Assembly (NCBI RefSeq): GCF_963921235.1
Contig: NC_086107.1
Span: 104,968,001 to 105,032,000 of the forward strand
Source of the DNA: Mobula hypostoma
Taxonomy: Eukaryota
Direction of reading: 5' to 3'
Length of the DNA stretch: 64,000 nucleotides
Shown here: piece by piece, positions 51,155-64,000 of the stretch
How the letters are laid out: each line of letters starts with the position of its first letter
Numbering within the stretch: position 1 is the stretch's first letter
Notes under the pieces: generated by a model
Seen by the model: the letters and a program-made list of their open reading frames with translations, nothing else
Database searches by the model: none
What the model was told of the DNA's origin: nothing
Position numbers and translations under genes: made by a program

Positions 51155-53590
51155 CATAGAAAATAGGTGCAGGAGTAGGCCATTCAGCCCTTCGAGCCTG
51201 CACCGCCATTTATTATGATCATGGCTGATCACCCAACTCAGAACCCCGCCCCAGCCTTCCCTCCACACCCCCTGATCCCTTTTGCCACAAGGGCCATATC
51301 TAACTCCCTCTTAAATATAGCCAATGAACTGGCCTCAACTGTTTCCTGTGGCAGAGAATTCCACAGATTCACCACTCTCTGTGTGAAGAAATTTTTCCTC
51401 ATCTTGGTCCTAAAAGGCTTCCCCTTTATCCTCAAACCGTGGCCCCTCGTTCTGGACTTCCCCAACATCGGGAACAATCTTCCTGCATCTAGCCTGTCCA
51501 ATCCCTTTAGGATCTTATACGTTTCAATCAGATCCCCCCTCAATCTTCTAAATTCCAACGAGTACAAGCCCAGTTCATCCAGTCTTTCTTCATATGAAAG
51601 TCCTGCCATCCCAGGAAATCAATCTGGTGAACCTTCTTTGTACTCCCTCTAAGGCAAGGATGTCTTTCCTCAGATTAGGGGACCAAAACTGCACACAATA
51701 CTCCAGGTGTGGTCTCACCAAGGTCTTGTACAACTGCAGTAGTACCTCCCTGCTCCTGTACTCCAATCCTCTTGCTATAAATGCCAGCATACCATTCGCC
51801 TTTTTCACCGCCTGCTGTACCTGCATGCCCACTTTCAATGACTGGCATATAATGACACCCAGGACTCGTTGCACCTCCCCTTTTCCTAATCGGCCACCAT
51901 TCAGATAATAATCTGTTTTCCTATTTTTGCCACCAAAGTGGATAACTTCACATTTATCCACATTAAATTGCATCTGCCATGAATTTGCCCACTCACCCAA
52001 CCTATCCAAGTCACCCTGCATCCTCTTAGCATCCTCCTCACCGCTAACACTGCCACCCAGCTTCGTGTCATCCGCAAACTTGGAGATGCCGCATTTAATT
52101 CCCTCATCCAAGTCATTAATATATATTGTAAACAACTGGGGTCCCAGCACTGAGCCTTGCGGTACCCCACTAGTCACCACCTGCCATTCTGAAAAGGTCC
52201 CGTTTATTCCCACTCTTTGCTTCCTGTCTGCTAACCAATTCTCCACCCACACCAATATCTTACCCCCAATACCGTGTGCTTTAAGTTTGCACACTAATCT
52301 CCTGTGTGGGACCTTGTCAAAAGCCTTTTGAAAATCCAAATATACCACATCCACTGGTTCTCCCCTATCCACTCTACTAGTTACATCCTCAAAAAATTCT
52401 ATGAGATTCGTCAGACATGATTTTCCTTTCACAAATCCATGCTGACTTTGTCCGATCATTTCACCGCTTTCCAAATGTGCTGTTATCACATCCTTGATAA
52501 CTGACTCCAGCAGTTTCCCCACCACCGACGTTAGGCTAACCGGTCTATAATTCCCCGGTTTCTCTCTTCCTCCTTTTTTAAAAAGTGGAGTTACATTAGC
52601 CACCCTCCAATCCTCAGGAACTAGTCCAGAATCTAACGAGTTTTGAAAAATTATCACTAATGCATCCACTATTTCTTGGGCTACTTCCTTAAGCACTCTA
52701 GGATGCAGACCATCTGGCCCTGGGGATTTATCTGCCTTCAATCCCTTCAATTTACCTAACACCACTTCCCTACTAACATGTATTTCGCTCAGTTCCTCCA
52801 TCTCACTGGACCCTCTGTCCCCTACTATTTCTGGAAGATTATTTATGTCCTCCTTAGTGAAGACAGAACCAAAGTAGTTATTCAATTGGTCTGCCATGTC
52901 CTTGCTCCCCATAATCAATTCACCTGTTTCTGTCTGCAGGGGACCTACATTTGTCTTTACCAGTCTTTTCCTTTTTATATATCTATGAAAGCTTTTACAG
53001 TCCGTTTTTATGTTCCCTGCCAGTTTTCTCTCATAATCTTTTTTCCCCTTCCTAATTAAGCCCTTTGTCCTCCTCTGCTGAACTCTGAATTTCTCCCAGT
53101 CCTCAGGTGAGCCACTTTCTCTGGCTAATTTGTATGCTTCTTCTTTGGAATTGATACTATCCCTAATTTCTCTTGTCAGCCACGGGTGCACTACCTTCCT
53201 TGATTTATTCTTTTGCCAAACTGGGATGAACAATTGTTGTAGTTCATCCATGCGATCTTTAAATGCTTGCCATTGCATATCCACCGTCAACCCTTTAAGT
53301 GTCATTTGCCAGTCTATCTTAGCTAATTCATGTCTCATACCTTCAAAGTTACCCCTCTTTAAGTTCAGAACCTTTGTTTCTGAAGTAACTATGTCACTCT
53401 CCATCTTAATGAAGAACTCCACCATATTATGGTCACTCTTACCCAAGGGGCTCTCATGACAAGATTGTTAATTAACCCTTCCTCATTGCTCAAAACCCAG
53501 TCCAGAATAGCCTGCTCTCTAGTTGGTTCCTCGACATGTTGGTTCAAAAACCAATCCCGCATACATTCCAAGAAATCCTCTTCCTCAGCA
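51155..53590 (-). mobile_element. CR1 LINE, young 5'-truncated ORF2 (end of APE endonuclease plus full RT)
   Basis: 618-aa ORF with PGNYRPVSLTS, YLDFQKAFDKVPH, GVPQGSVLGP and KFADDTK; single frameshifts near 53446 and 51610. Confidence 0.96.
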
Positions 53591-54972
53591 GGAGAGTGAG
53601 TGATATCGGCCTGACCCTCGCCTCCATACCCAACTCTCGGCTCTGTACCCGACATTTGGGCTTCCAGTCTGTCTGGGCCGACATTTAAATTGCCCAAGCA
53701 CCAAGTTCGCCACGTTCCAGGTGCCCAAAGCTGTTCTCGATCTCACCAAATCGAACATCAAACCAGGAGTCCAATAGGATGCAGTTTGGTTCAGTTCAGT
53801 GTCATGCCATTAGCTCACTGCAGGCCGCGGAGCGTTCTCTGCTGAAGTGCCCCAGTCTGTGTCTATTGCCCTGATCAAACTGCTCATAAACAGTAAAAAA
53901 AAATAACCAGAATCCAGAAATGGATGCAACATGAACCTCAAATTCCCCCAAAATGAGTCCATAGCCTCGCTGATCAATCCTTGCAAAGTGGATCCCGAAA
54001 CTCCTGTACTTTCCTCTGACAGCAGCTAGCCAGGGGGAGGGGAAGACCGGTCAAACCCAGCGCCAAACACCCGCCCGTCCTACGCACTTATCCACAGCAA
54101 CTTCAACCTCGCTCGGTACCTCAATCGGAGAGGAGCAATGGAGTTAATAATGGTCACGCACTCCGGCTCCAGACTCTGCTCTAACCCTTGCCAAAATTCC
54201 TCAAAGACAGCAAAGCACCATGTCGCTCAATTGGCCCAAAGAAACACACGAGCAAAATGTAAATCACAGGTTCCAGTTGCATGCAGCTTAGTAGCAGAAC
54301 CGTATTGGAAAGAAGAGGTGATTTTGTGAACTGTCTGCTGGACATCGCCGTTAGTCGCATTGTTCACTGGCGCCAACTTCTTTCAAAGCAACAAAACAGA
54401 TTGCAAATTACTGAACGTGGGGATCTGAGGCTCCAGAGTGACATTTGGCCTGATGTTGAGAAGCTGATATCACTGCACCGAGTACATCCATCTCACTGAA
54501 AGGTGAAAGAACACGAAGTAGTCAATAGTTGGACTGCTAATGTGCACTCTAAAATTGTTAATGGAAATTGTTTTTACTGTAATTAAATAAAGAAATAATT
54601 TTGTTTGTAGCTTTAAATAGATTTGAGTTCTGTTTGCAATTATTTGTCACTGCTTTTCATTTGTAGTTTCTAATTTTTTTCATTGTGCATCATAAATCTT
54701 TTTATAGTTTTTATGTAATGGCTGGAAAGAGAGAGGGAGGCACTGGGGATGTGGTCTGGAAGCTGTATTAAGAACATTTAAGAAACCCTTAAATAGATAG
54801 GACGTTAACCACATTTAAAGACACTTGGACAGCATCAGATAGGAAAGGTTTCTGGGATATAGATCAAACAATAGCAAGTGCGATGAGATTAGATTGCAGT
54901 CGTGGTTAGCATGGGCCAGTTGGGCTGAATGGCCTGTTTCTTTGCAGTATGACTCTATAACTCTATAACATG

Positions 54973-55772
54973 TGTAATACCCTGGTTAAGATTTTTACTG
55001 CTAATGTTGTAGGGTATTTCATGTGGTAGCTTTGTGTAAAGGCAGTGTGTCCTGCTGATAGAATGTTTGGGTTTTGGCTAAAGATGAGGGGCTGGGAGGT
55101 TCAACTTAGGAATGTTGTGTCAGCCAGTCAGGATGGTGGAACTGGGAGAAGGTTCTAGAGAGAGCTATGTGGAGCGAGATTTGTGAGGACACTGGTGGGG
55201 TTTGTGATCTTTTGGCGGGAGATGGAGAGAGAAGATCCGGAGGGATGGCTGTAGGATTCAATCCGACGGGAAGACACATTTGCAAGGAGTGCTTTGTGAG
55301 ATGAAGGAGTCCAAGGTGGGAAGTTCTACCAGTGATTGGTGATGAGAAATCAGCGCCATAAGTAACAGTCCTACCCAGATTTTGGACAATACAAGCTCCA
55401 ACACCTTTGCACCTTTAGACTGGTTTAATTGTAATGAGGCCTTTTATTTTGTTCATTTCTTTTTTTCTCTTAATAACTGTTTGATAAAGCTGAAATTAGT
55501 AAATACACTCTCTTTATAATTGTATGCAGTGAACGATCTGTTATTTCTTGCTGATGGATAGTTGTGTATGGGCAGGACTTTCACAGCATTCACACAAATC
55601 GCGGTTCCATTAATCGAAACCTCCCAACCTTCCTGTTTGGTTGAACCCAAATCATATCGACCCGAGACGTGTATCGTTTAAGGAGGGTCGCCTTCTCACC
55701 ATTGAGCCCCTGGTCGTTAGCAGAGCTGGCCAACGAGCCAAATTTGTATACGAACTCGGTGAGGGGGTTACA
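54973..55772 (+). mobile_element. Solo LTR (800 bp)
   Basis: TGTAA...TTACA termini with 4-bp TSD CATG on both sides. Confidence 0.82.
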
Positions 55773-56029
55773 CATGGATGACAGAACAATGAGGGGCTAT
55801 GTGGGAGGGAAGGGTTAGGTTGATCTTGGAGTAAATTAAAAAGGACATCACATCATGGGCCGAAGGGCCTGTACTGTGCTGGAATGTTCTATGTTCTATG
55901 CTCTAAGGGAGAGATCGTCTACCTGAAGATTACTGGGTGATTTAAGAGAAGAATTCAGAATAATGAAGGAAACGGATGATAGAATAGTTTCCTCTGATAA
56001 CTTGGGCATCAAGTTCCTTGCTGAGCGGA

Positions 56030-57040
56030 CACACAAAAGTCCGCAGATACTGGAAGCAAACACGAACTGCTGGAGGGATTTGGAGCATCAGGCAGCATCT
56101 GTGGAGGCAAAGGGGTTGTAGATGTCTCAGGTGTGAGAGTGTAGAAGGAATGTAACCAGAACAGAATGCGAGGGAAGGCTGAGATAGGTGATAGGTGGAA
56201 CCAGATGAGGGGGGAGAGAGGTGAAGGATAGATGGAGCTGATGGGAGGGGGGAGGGGGAAGGGTTCCATATTCGACTTCACCTTGGCGACAGGGAAGGCC
56301 AAAGACAGACTGGCCTGGGTTGGAATGGGAGGGGGAGTTTCAATGACAAGAATCTGGACTATCATTGCAGACAGGTTACAAAATGGCTGCCCAGTCCATG
56401 CTTGGTCTTGCTGATCTGGAGGAGGCCACGTTGTGAGCGCTGAACGTAGTAGACCGGGTTAGAGGAAAAGTATGTGAATGTCTGGCTCACCTGGAAGGGT
56501 CGCCTGGTGTCTGGGTATGTGCTGAGAAGCGACTGAACAGAGAAATGGCAAGCTCCCATGTAAAGACATAAATGAGAATTTATTCATAGGAGTTGATCTT
56601 ATGGTCTTATGGAATTCCAACAGAACATTGGTGGCTCCATTGAGTGACACCGTGAGCCAAATCATTCTCAAAACGCAAGGACCCCGCTTTAAATAATCAC
56701 AGTACGGGGAAAACCCCTGCCAGTCAAAATAAACGATGAGATTAAACAGAAAGCACAAAGGCCTAGCAATTACAGATAAGATGACAATTAACAAATACAG
56801 GTGCACAGGCCTGCAGGGCGCGTGGCAACCTGGTGGTGCTGGTGGAGGTGTCTGAAGAGATGTTGCACCTTCTGCAACTGCAGAAGAAAGAACCGGGGGG
56901 CAGGAAGGGGTGAGGGGACCAGGGAGTTCTGGACAGAGTGGTCCCTGTGGAAAGCAAAAAGGAAGGGGGAGGAGGTGGAGGGAAGATACGACTGGTGATG
57001 GTTTGTGCTGGAGCTGGCAGGGGAGGTGGAGGATGATCAT
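56030..57040 (-). mobile_element. Degraded Penelope-like fragments
   Basis: Terminal-repeat remnant at 56030-56130; FQVSQTFT..VYYVQRSQRGLLQISKT GIY-YIG-like remnant at about 56340-56520. Confidence 0.6.
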
Positions 57041-57383
57041 AAGACATAGAGGCAGAGTTCGACCATTTGGCCCGTCAAGTCCGCCGTGTCATTCCTTCTT
57101 GGCTGATTTATTTTCCTTCTCGACCCCACGTTGCTGCCTTCTCCCCATAACCTTTGTCCAATGGAAAGCATTTGGACTTTGCATTGTGGCTGAGTATGGA
57201 AACTCAAGTACAGGAACACAAGAGACGACAGAGACTACAAAAGGCAATGTCTCAGGGAGACAACACCCACCATGTGGCATATCCAGGCTGGGGTAGCACC
57301 CTTGGTCGGGGGGGGGCTGTTCATGTTGATTCTTATCTTTGGTCCCCACCGGAGACTTAACTCTCACCTGCGGCTCCAAGTAG

Positions 57384-58068
57384 GCGGGAGGAGAAGATGG
57401 CGGCGCGACGCAGCTCGCAGTAGCCACTCCGGTGGTGATGTCTGTTATCTGTCAAGTAGGGTGCCGTGCACAATCCTGATTTGATGGAGACGGACGTGAG
57501 AGCACGGAGGAACATCTGGTGAAACTTCTGAAATGCCTGCTTCACTGCTGCTGCTACTGTGTGGTCCAGAATCCCCAGAGGAGAAGGCCCCGAGTCCTCG
57601 GCTTTGCTTGTTGCTCAGCGTCCGGGCCGGGGTCGAAGCGCTCAGCAGAGGATGGTGCTCAGAGAGGCTGTGTCGGAGGGGCTGGTCGGAAGCTCAAAGT
57701 TTTCAGACGGACTCAGAGTCCACTGTGGTCGGGAGCTTCCAATGGTGCTGCATCGGCAAGTTTGCGGCGCTTGGAGGTTCGTGGCGGGTAGAGTTTCTCC
57801 CTTCTACCGTCTGCGTGAGATGGTGGGGCTATCGGGACTTTGAGAATTTTTTTTTACCATGCCCATGGTCTGCTCTTATCAAATTATGGTATTGCTTTGC
57901 ACTGTTGTAACTATATGTTATAATTACGTGGCTTTGTCAGTTTTAGTCTTGGTTTGTCTTGTGTTTCTTGTGATATCATTCTGTAGGAACATTGTATCAT
58001 TTTTTAATGCATGCATTTCTAAATGACAATAAACGAGGCCTGGAGTGTCCTCATAATCTAATCTAAAA
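57384..58068 (+). mobile_element. Full-length copy of the 650-bp SINE-like element
   Basis: AAGATGGCGGCG head, ATCTA/A tail, flanking AAGTAG duplication. Confidence 0.8.
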
Positions 58069-58199
58069 AAGTAGCAGTTTGCATGCGACAGCAGCCACTC
58101 CCCGATACACCTCTTCAACAGGTAGCCGGCAGCCTCAGACCCCAGTGAGATAGGGACATGCCTGTCCTGGCCTGAAAAGTCAATTCTGGCGGACTGGGC

Positions 58200-58610
58200 G
58201 GATAGATAGATACTCTATTGATCCCAGAGGAAATTACTGTGTCACAGTAGCATTACAAGTGCACAGATACAGATGTACAATTATTCAAAGAGAAGTAAGA
58301 AAGAATAAAAAATAAGTTACCTCAAACAGTCTAACAGGAGGGGGTTATCACCTCCCCGGCTGTAGGTTGACTCATTATAGAGCCTGATGGCTGAGGGCAA
58401 GAATGAATGCATATGGTTCTCTTTGGAGCAGCACTGTTGTCTCAGTCTATCACTGAAAGTGTTCCTCTGCTCAGCCAAGGTGGCAGGCAGAGGGTAAGAA
58501 ACATTGTCCAGGATTGCCAGGATTTTCCGTAGGGTCCTTTGCTCTGCCACAGGCTCCAGTATGTCCAGTTTGACTCCAATAACAGAGCCAGCCTTTCTAA
58601 TCAGTTTGTC
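58200..58610 (-). mobile_element. Rex1-like LINE 3' fragment (older subfamily)
   Basis: DKLIRKAGSVIGVKLD...SFLPSAIRLYN; GATA tail. Confidence 0.8.
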
Positions 58611-59829
58611 CAATCGGGATGTGATCTACAGTGAGATCCGACAGCCAGAGACGTAGTACTGCAACGCTCCACCGAGAGCGCAGGGCACGACAAGGCACAG
58701 AAGATGCCATGGTCATCCAGTGCAGCCAAGGTAGACCTCTGTTGTGATGCTTGTTCATACTGCTGGAGCTGAACTTCCGAGGTCAAGAGAGTGAACTGCC
58801 AGACAGTGCAATGGCTGTTCCACTTTGAAAACTCCCCCGCACAGATCTCCTGTCATTGTCGGACAGGATGGACATCCACTCCCATCCGTAATGCACTGCG
58901 TTGCCGCTACGAGGGGTGGCTTATCGCTCTTATCTCGGTGACCCTAACGCATTGCATGTGGAGGTTGGTGGTGTCCTGTCTGGGAAGGGGAATAGAGCCC
59001 TCACGTGCATTTACTCCATTTCCTGCACATCTGCTCTCACCCAGTTCAGCCGTCCTGAACTGTTGGTGGCATATCATTCCGATTTCCCGTCCCGATCTTT
59101 GATCCTCCGCTTCTTCCAGTGCCACATGAGGCATAGAAAAAAGTGAGAACAACTCTTCATATTCCACTTGGGTGGCCTACAACCCAGCGCAGTGCATCGC
59201 AGGAAAAGCCCTCCCCACCATTGAGTGCGTCTACAAGGAGCGTTGCCACAAGAAAGCAGCGCCCAGCAACAAGGACCCACCACCCAGGCCAGGCTCTCTT
59301 CTCACTGCTGGCATCGAGAAGGAGATACAGGAGCCTGTAACACCAGCAGCTATTACCCCTCAACCATCAGGCTCCTGAACCAGCCCGGATAACTTCACTC
59401 ACCTCAACACCGAACTGATTCCACAACCTATGGACTCGACAACTGATGTTCTCAATATTTATTTCTTTGCACAATTTGTCCTTGTTTCCACATTGGTTGT
59501 TTATCGGTCTTTGTTTATGTAAAGGCTTTCATAAATTCTACTGTATTATTTTCCTGTGAATGCCCACAAGAAAATGAATCTCCAGGTAGCATGTGGCTAC
59601 GTATATGTCCTGAACCAGAGTGGATTCTTCACTCACCCCAACTCTGAACTGTTTCTACGACCTATGGACTCACTTGCTCATTACTATCTATCTGTCTATT
59701 TATATATTTATCTGCTCATTTATTTATTAATTATTTATTGTATTTTCACAGTTTGTCTTTTTTTGCATGTTGGTTGTATGTCAATCTTTGTGTGTAGCTT
59801 TTCAATTATTCCATTGTATTTCTTTGCTC

Positions 59830-60138
59830 GACTGCACGTGGCCAAGTGGTTAAGGCATTCGACTAATGACCTGAAGGTCGTGAGTTCGAGCCCCAGCCGA
59901 GGCAGAGTGTTGTGTCCTTGAGCAAGGCACTTAACCACACAGTGCTCTGCGGTGACACTGGTGCCCAGCTGTATCGGCCCTTGCCCTTCCCTTGGACAAC
60001 ATTGGTCTCGTGGAGAGGGGAGACTGGCAGCATGGGCAACTGCCGGTCTTCCATACAACCTTGCCCAGGCCTGCGCCCTGGGGAGTGAAGACTTTCCAGG
60101 CGCAGATCCATGGTCTCGCAAGACTAAGGGATGCCTTT
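59830..60138 (+). mobile_element. tRNA-derived SINE
   Basis: A box TGGCCAAGTGG, B box GTTCGAGCC, central GTGTCCTTGAGCAAGGCACTTAACC conserved block, LINE-like tail; no clean cloverleaf. Confidence 0.8.
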
Positions 60139-63137
60139 AACCTGGTTCCACCCATCGCCTACCTGCCTCTCTCATCTCTCCCTCTCACTTCGATATACTG
60201 CCTCTCTATCGTCCCTGCACCCTCGTGGCCCTGAGGTAGGGTCTTGACTCGAAATGCCAACCCAACCCTCAGGCTCCCCAGATGCTGCTCGATCCACTGA
60301 GTTGGTCCAGCTGGTTGTCCCTGCTCCCTCCGTGAGTGGCTCACTCAGGCACCTACCTTCCACCGAGTGACTCCTTCAGCCACACAACTCCAGCTTTCAT
60401 GGAGTCCAGCACTTCAAAGAACGTAATGGAATTGAAATCGGTCTATTATTGTCACAGTGAAAGTCTTGTCTCGCCTACGGTTCATACAGATCAGATCATT
60501 ACCCAGTGCACTGAGTTAGAACAGGGTAAAACAACGACAATGCACAATAAAGGTAAAAACTACCGATAAAGAGCAGTCAGTAAATGAAGGTGTAAAATCA
60601 TAACACAGTAGATTGTGAGGCCAAGAGTCTATCTTATCATGCGAGAGTCTGATAACAGTGTTGTAGAAGCTGTCCTTGTGTCTGGTGGTACAGTACTGTG
60701 TGAAAGTCTTGGGCACATGTATATAGCGAGGGTGCCCGAGACTTTTGCATGGTACTGTATTTGTCAATGTGGAGCGGAGAGCAAGTTCATAGATCTGGCG
60801 GGAGCAAAGGATGTAGGGAATGGCGAGGGTGGAGCACCGCGGGAGGGGTGTGGGGCAAAGAAGGAGAACCAGGGGTGGGGGGGGGTGATGGTGGGGGTAC
60901 AGATACACCCAGCCCTGAGACACTAGGCATTTGATTCCAAACAACTGGTTTATTGATCCAGTGAAATGATATCGTATTTGTTAAATAGGGGGCCGTGCAC
61001 AATTCTTATTTGATGGAGACAGACGTGAGAGTACGGAGGAACATCTGGAGTAACTTCTGAAATGCCCGCTTCGCTGCCGCTGCTACTGTGTGATCGAGAA
61101 TCTCTGGAGGGAAGGCCCCAAAATCCCCGGCTTTTCCTGTTGCTGGCGGCCGGGGCTGGGGTCGAAGCACTCGGCAGAGATGGTGCTCGGTGCTCGGTGT
61201 TGGAGGGCTGGTCGGAGGCTCGAAGTTTTCGGACGACTCAGAGTCGGACTGTGGTCGGGTGCTTCCAGGATGCTGCATCGGCAAGTTTGCGACGCTGGAA
61301 GCTCATGGCAGGGAGAGTTTTCTTCCTTCTACCATCTGCGTGAGATGATGGGACTTTCGAGAGACTTTGTACTTTTTTTACTGTGCCCATGGCCTGTTCT
61401 TCATCAAGTTATGGTATTGCTTGCACAGTTGTAACTGTATGTTATAATTATGTGGTTTTTGTCAGTTTTTCAGTCTTGGTCTGTCTTGTGTTTCTGTGAT
61501 ATCACACTGGAGGAACATTGTATCATTTCTTAATGCATGCATTACTAAATGACAATAAAAGAGGACTGCGCGTCCTCATAATCTAAAAAAAAAGAATGTC
61601 TCTCTGGTGCTTCCCACTCCCTCCCCTCTCCCTTCCCCTTTTCCCAACCATGATTCCCCTCTCCCTGCCCCCTTCCCACTCTCAGCCCACAATAGAGACC
61701 CATATCAGAATCTGATTTATCATTACTCACGTATGTCATGAAGTTTGTTTTCACTTGTAGCAGTACACTGCAATACATAAACTTACTACAGTACTATGCA
61801 AAACTTTTAGGCACACTAGCTATAGATATGTGCCTGAGATGTTTGTACAGTACTGTACGTGCTTTCAAGCTTCTGTATCTTTTGCCTGATGGGAGAGGAG
61901 AGAGAATGTCTGGGGTGGGTGAATACGTCGGCTGCTTTACTGAGGCAGTGAGAAGTACAGACAGGGTCCGTAGAGGGGAGTCTGCTTCCTGTGATGTACT
62001 GAGCTCTGTCCACAACTCTCTGCAGTTCCCTGTGGTCACGTGCAGAGCCATTGCGACACCAAACCATAATGCATCCCGACAGGATGCTTTCTATGCTGCA
62101 TTGATTTTAAAAAAAGTGGTAAGAGTTGACAGGAACAGGGTGAATTTCTTCAGCTTCCTGAGGAAGGTGGGATTTCTCGGCCAAAAGTTTGCCGTCCTGA
62201 CACCATGTCATAAAATTCTCCATCACCTTCCCCTACTCTGACTCATCACTATTTGGGCATTACGGTGGTATCATCTGCAGACTTGTAGATGGAAGTCAGA
62301 GCAGAATGTGGCCGCACAGTCGTGAGCGTCTAGGGAGCAGAGTTGGGGGCTGGGGACGCAGCCTTGTGGAGCACCAGTGCTTAGAATTGTCTGAATACTG
62401 ACTGGGCAGAAATGATTTCTCACAAAGCTTTTAAAACCCTGGGTGTAAGGGTGGTGTCAGATAATCGTTCTGTATTGAACAGGGCATTGATAGATCTACA
62501 GCAGGAGGTCCCAATCTTTCTTCTGCCATGGACGAATTCCATTAAGCAAGGGACCCATGGACTCCAGGTTGGAAACCCCTGGTCTACAAAAGTCATGCTG
62601 GGGTGTCAGATCGAATAAGAAGGCTCTTTTCCAATTACTAGTTCACATCGGGCTCACATTTGCAATGTGGGATTCAATAATTACACTGGAATTAGAGATC
62701 GCTGCCATCGACCTCTGGTGCCAGAAGCAGCTCAGCGCAATCAATGGGGACTGTCCGTACTTCTCACTGTCAACATAATCAGAGATCCCTCCCACCCTGG
62801 GGCACTCTCTCTTCCCTTCTCCCTCTGCACAGACAATATAAAAGCCTGATAGCCCATGGTTCCAGGCTCAAAGGCGGCTTCTATCCCGCTGTTGTAAGAC
62901 TACTGAATGGAGCTCTGGTACAGTAAGATGGACTCGTGACCTCAGAATCTACCTTATCATGAGCTTGTGCCTTACTGCCTGTCAGCACTGCACTCTCTGT
63001 GTGACTGTCGCTCTGCTCTCTGCATTGTTGTTGTTTTCCCCTTGTACTGATGTGATGAAATTATCTCCCTGGATGGTATACAATACACTGTACCTCAGAA
63101 TATATGTGACAATAATAAGCCAATTACCTATTAAGGT

Positions 63138-63344
63138 TGCAAACACGAGGAATTCTGCAGATGCTGGAAATTCAAGCAACACACATCAAAGCTGCTGGTG
63201 AACACAGCAGGCCAGGCAGCATCTCTAGGAAGAGGTACAGTCGATGTTTCGGGCTGACTTTGGGTCTCAGCCCGAAACGTCGACTGTACCTTTTCCTAGA
63301 GATGCTGCCTGGCCTGCTGCGTTCACCAGCAACTTTGATGTGTG
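63138..63344. mobile_element. Fold-back Penelope-derived mini-element with 14-bp TSD
   Basis: About 80-bp near-perfect inverted arms around a short spacer; TTACCTATTAAGGT at 63124-63137 and 63345-63358. Confidence 0.85.
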
Positions 63345-64000
63345 TTACCTATTAAGGTCACTGGGGCCACTGTAGGTGGCACTGCGGTGCAGCAGGTAGT
63401 ACTGCTGCCTTACAGCGCTGGTGACCCAGTCTTGACCTTGGCCTCTGGTGCTGTCTGCGTGGAGCTTGCACGTTCTCCCCGTGACCACGCGGGTGCTTCA
63501 CTTTCCATCCGTATCCAAAGATGAATGAGCAGGTTGGTAGGTTAAACCTGCTTACTCACTTACTACCCGTTATGGCGCTGATGGGCAGCGATGAAGTTTC
63601 CTCCAGCTCTGGCGGTGTTCATCGTCTCAGGAGCTTTCTCTTGGCTTTCACTACTGTCGGTCATGAAAATCCCGGGTGGAGACTCAGGAATACTGTCACA
63701 CTCAGATGTAGGAGGATTCTTCATTGCTGTTTCCGTAACAGTTTTGTTTGACCAGTCAGGGTTGTTAGCCCTGAGCTGAACCCCCAAACCTGGAGGACCG
63801 GGGACCACTCTCAGTCTGGCCTCTACCCTTTGACCCGTTTGGCATGAATGACCCTACCAAAAGCCAAAGCACAAAGCCCCGACTCCAGCCAACATCGCTT
63901 TCCGGGTCACTGAAGCAGGCAAGCCTCCAAATCCCAACGACAAGTTTGTGGTCCTCTTGGCAAGGTACGTTAAACAGTCCCTGTAAATTGCTCTTTGTTC

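Larger units (their letters stand above)
48330..54499 (+). mobile_element. hAT (Charlie/SCAND3-like) transposase relic split by several insertions
   Basis: HLKRIHSD..LAYFQS (about 48360), DGLHASYNISL, IHCVIHRQRLVAKNLS, LLLHTEVRWFSKGNCL (49716-50099), and C-terminus NRLQITERGDLRL...HPSH* (54375-54499). Confidence 0.82.

Noticed and set aside
51590..53446. Possible domesticated RT gene
   Set aside because: Ordinary 5'-truncated CR1 ORF2 with frameshifts at both ends of the ORF.
59830..59905. Possible tRNA gene
   Set aside because: A and B boxes are present, but there is no proper acceptor stem and the sequence runs into a SINE body and tail.

Overview
Repeat-rich vertebrate genomic DNA. The HE1-like SINE, CR1 and Penelope repertoire suggests a cartilaginous fish, probably a ray (inference). 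Two spliced protein-coding genes can be assembled by hand, and they converge tail-to-tail. (1) HEBP1 (SOUL/heme-binding protein 1) on +, with 4 coding exons (986-1063, 6292-6430, 10180-10360, 18828-19029; 199 aa). (2) An unrecognised 3-exon gene on - (36235-36127, 35216-35087, 30781-30484; 178 aa), predicted to encode a secreted, cysteine-free protein with a signal peptide, a helical/coiled-coil core and a very basic tail. The ORF track shows only pieces of this gene. The rest is a heavily nested transposon landscape: a Gmr1-type Gypsy LTR element inside a Tc1 inside HEBP1 intron 3, solo LTRs, CR1, Rex1, Nimb/I and HERO-like LINE pieces, hAT/Tc1/mariner MITEs and SINEs. It also contains many Penelope-derived repeats carrying minimal hammerhead-ribozyme motifs, two of them as TSD-flanked fold-back elements. 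All family assignments come from recalled motifs, not database searches.
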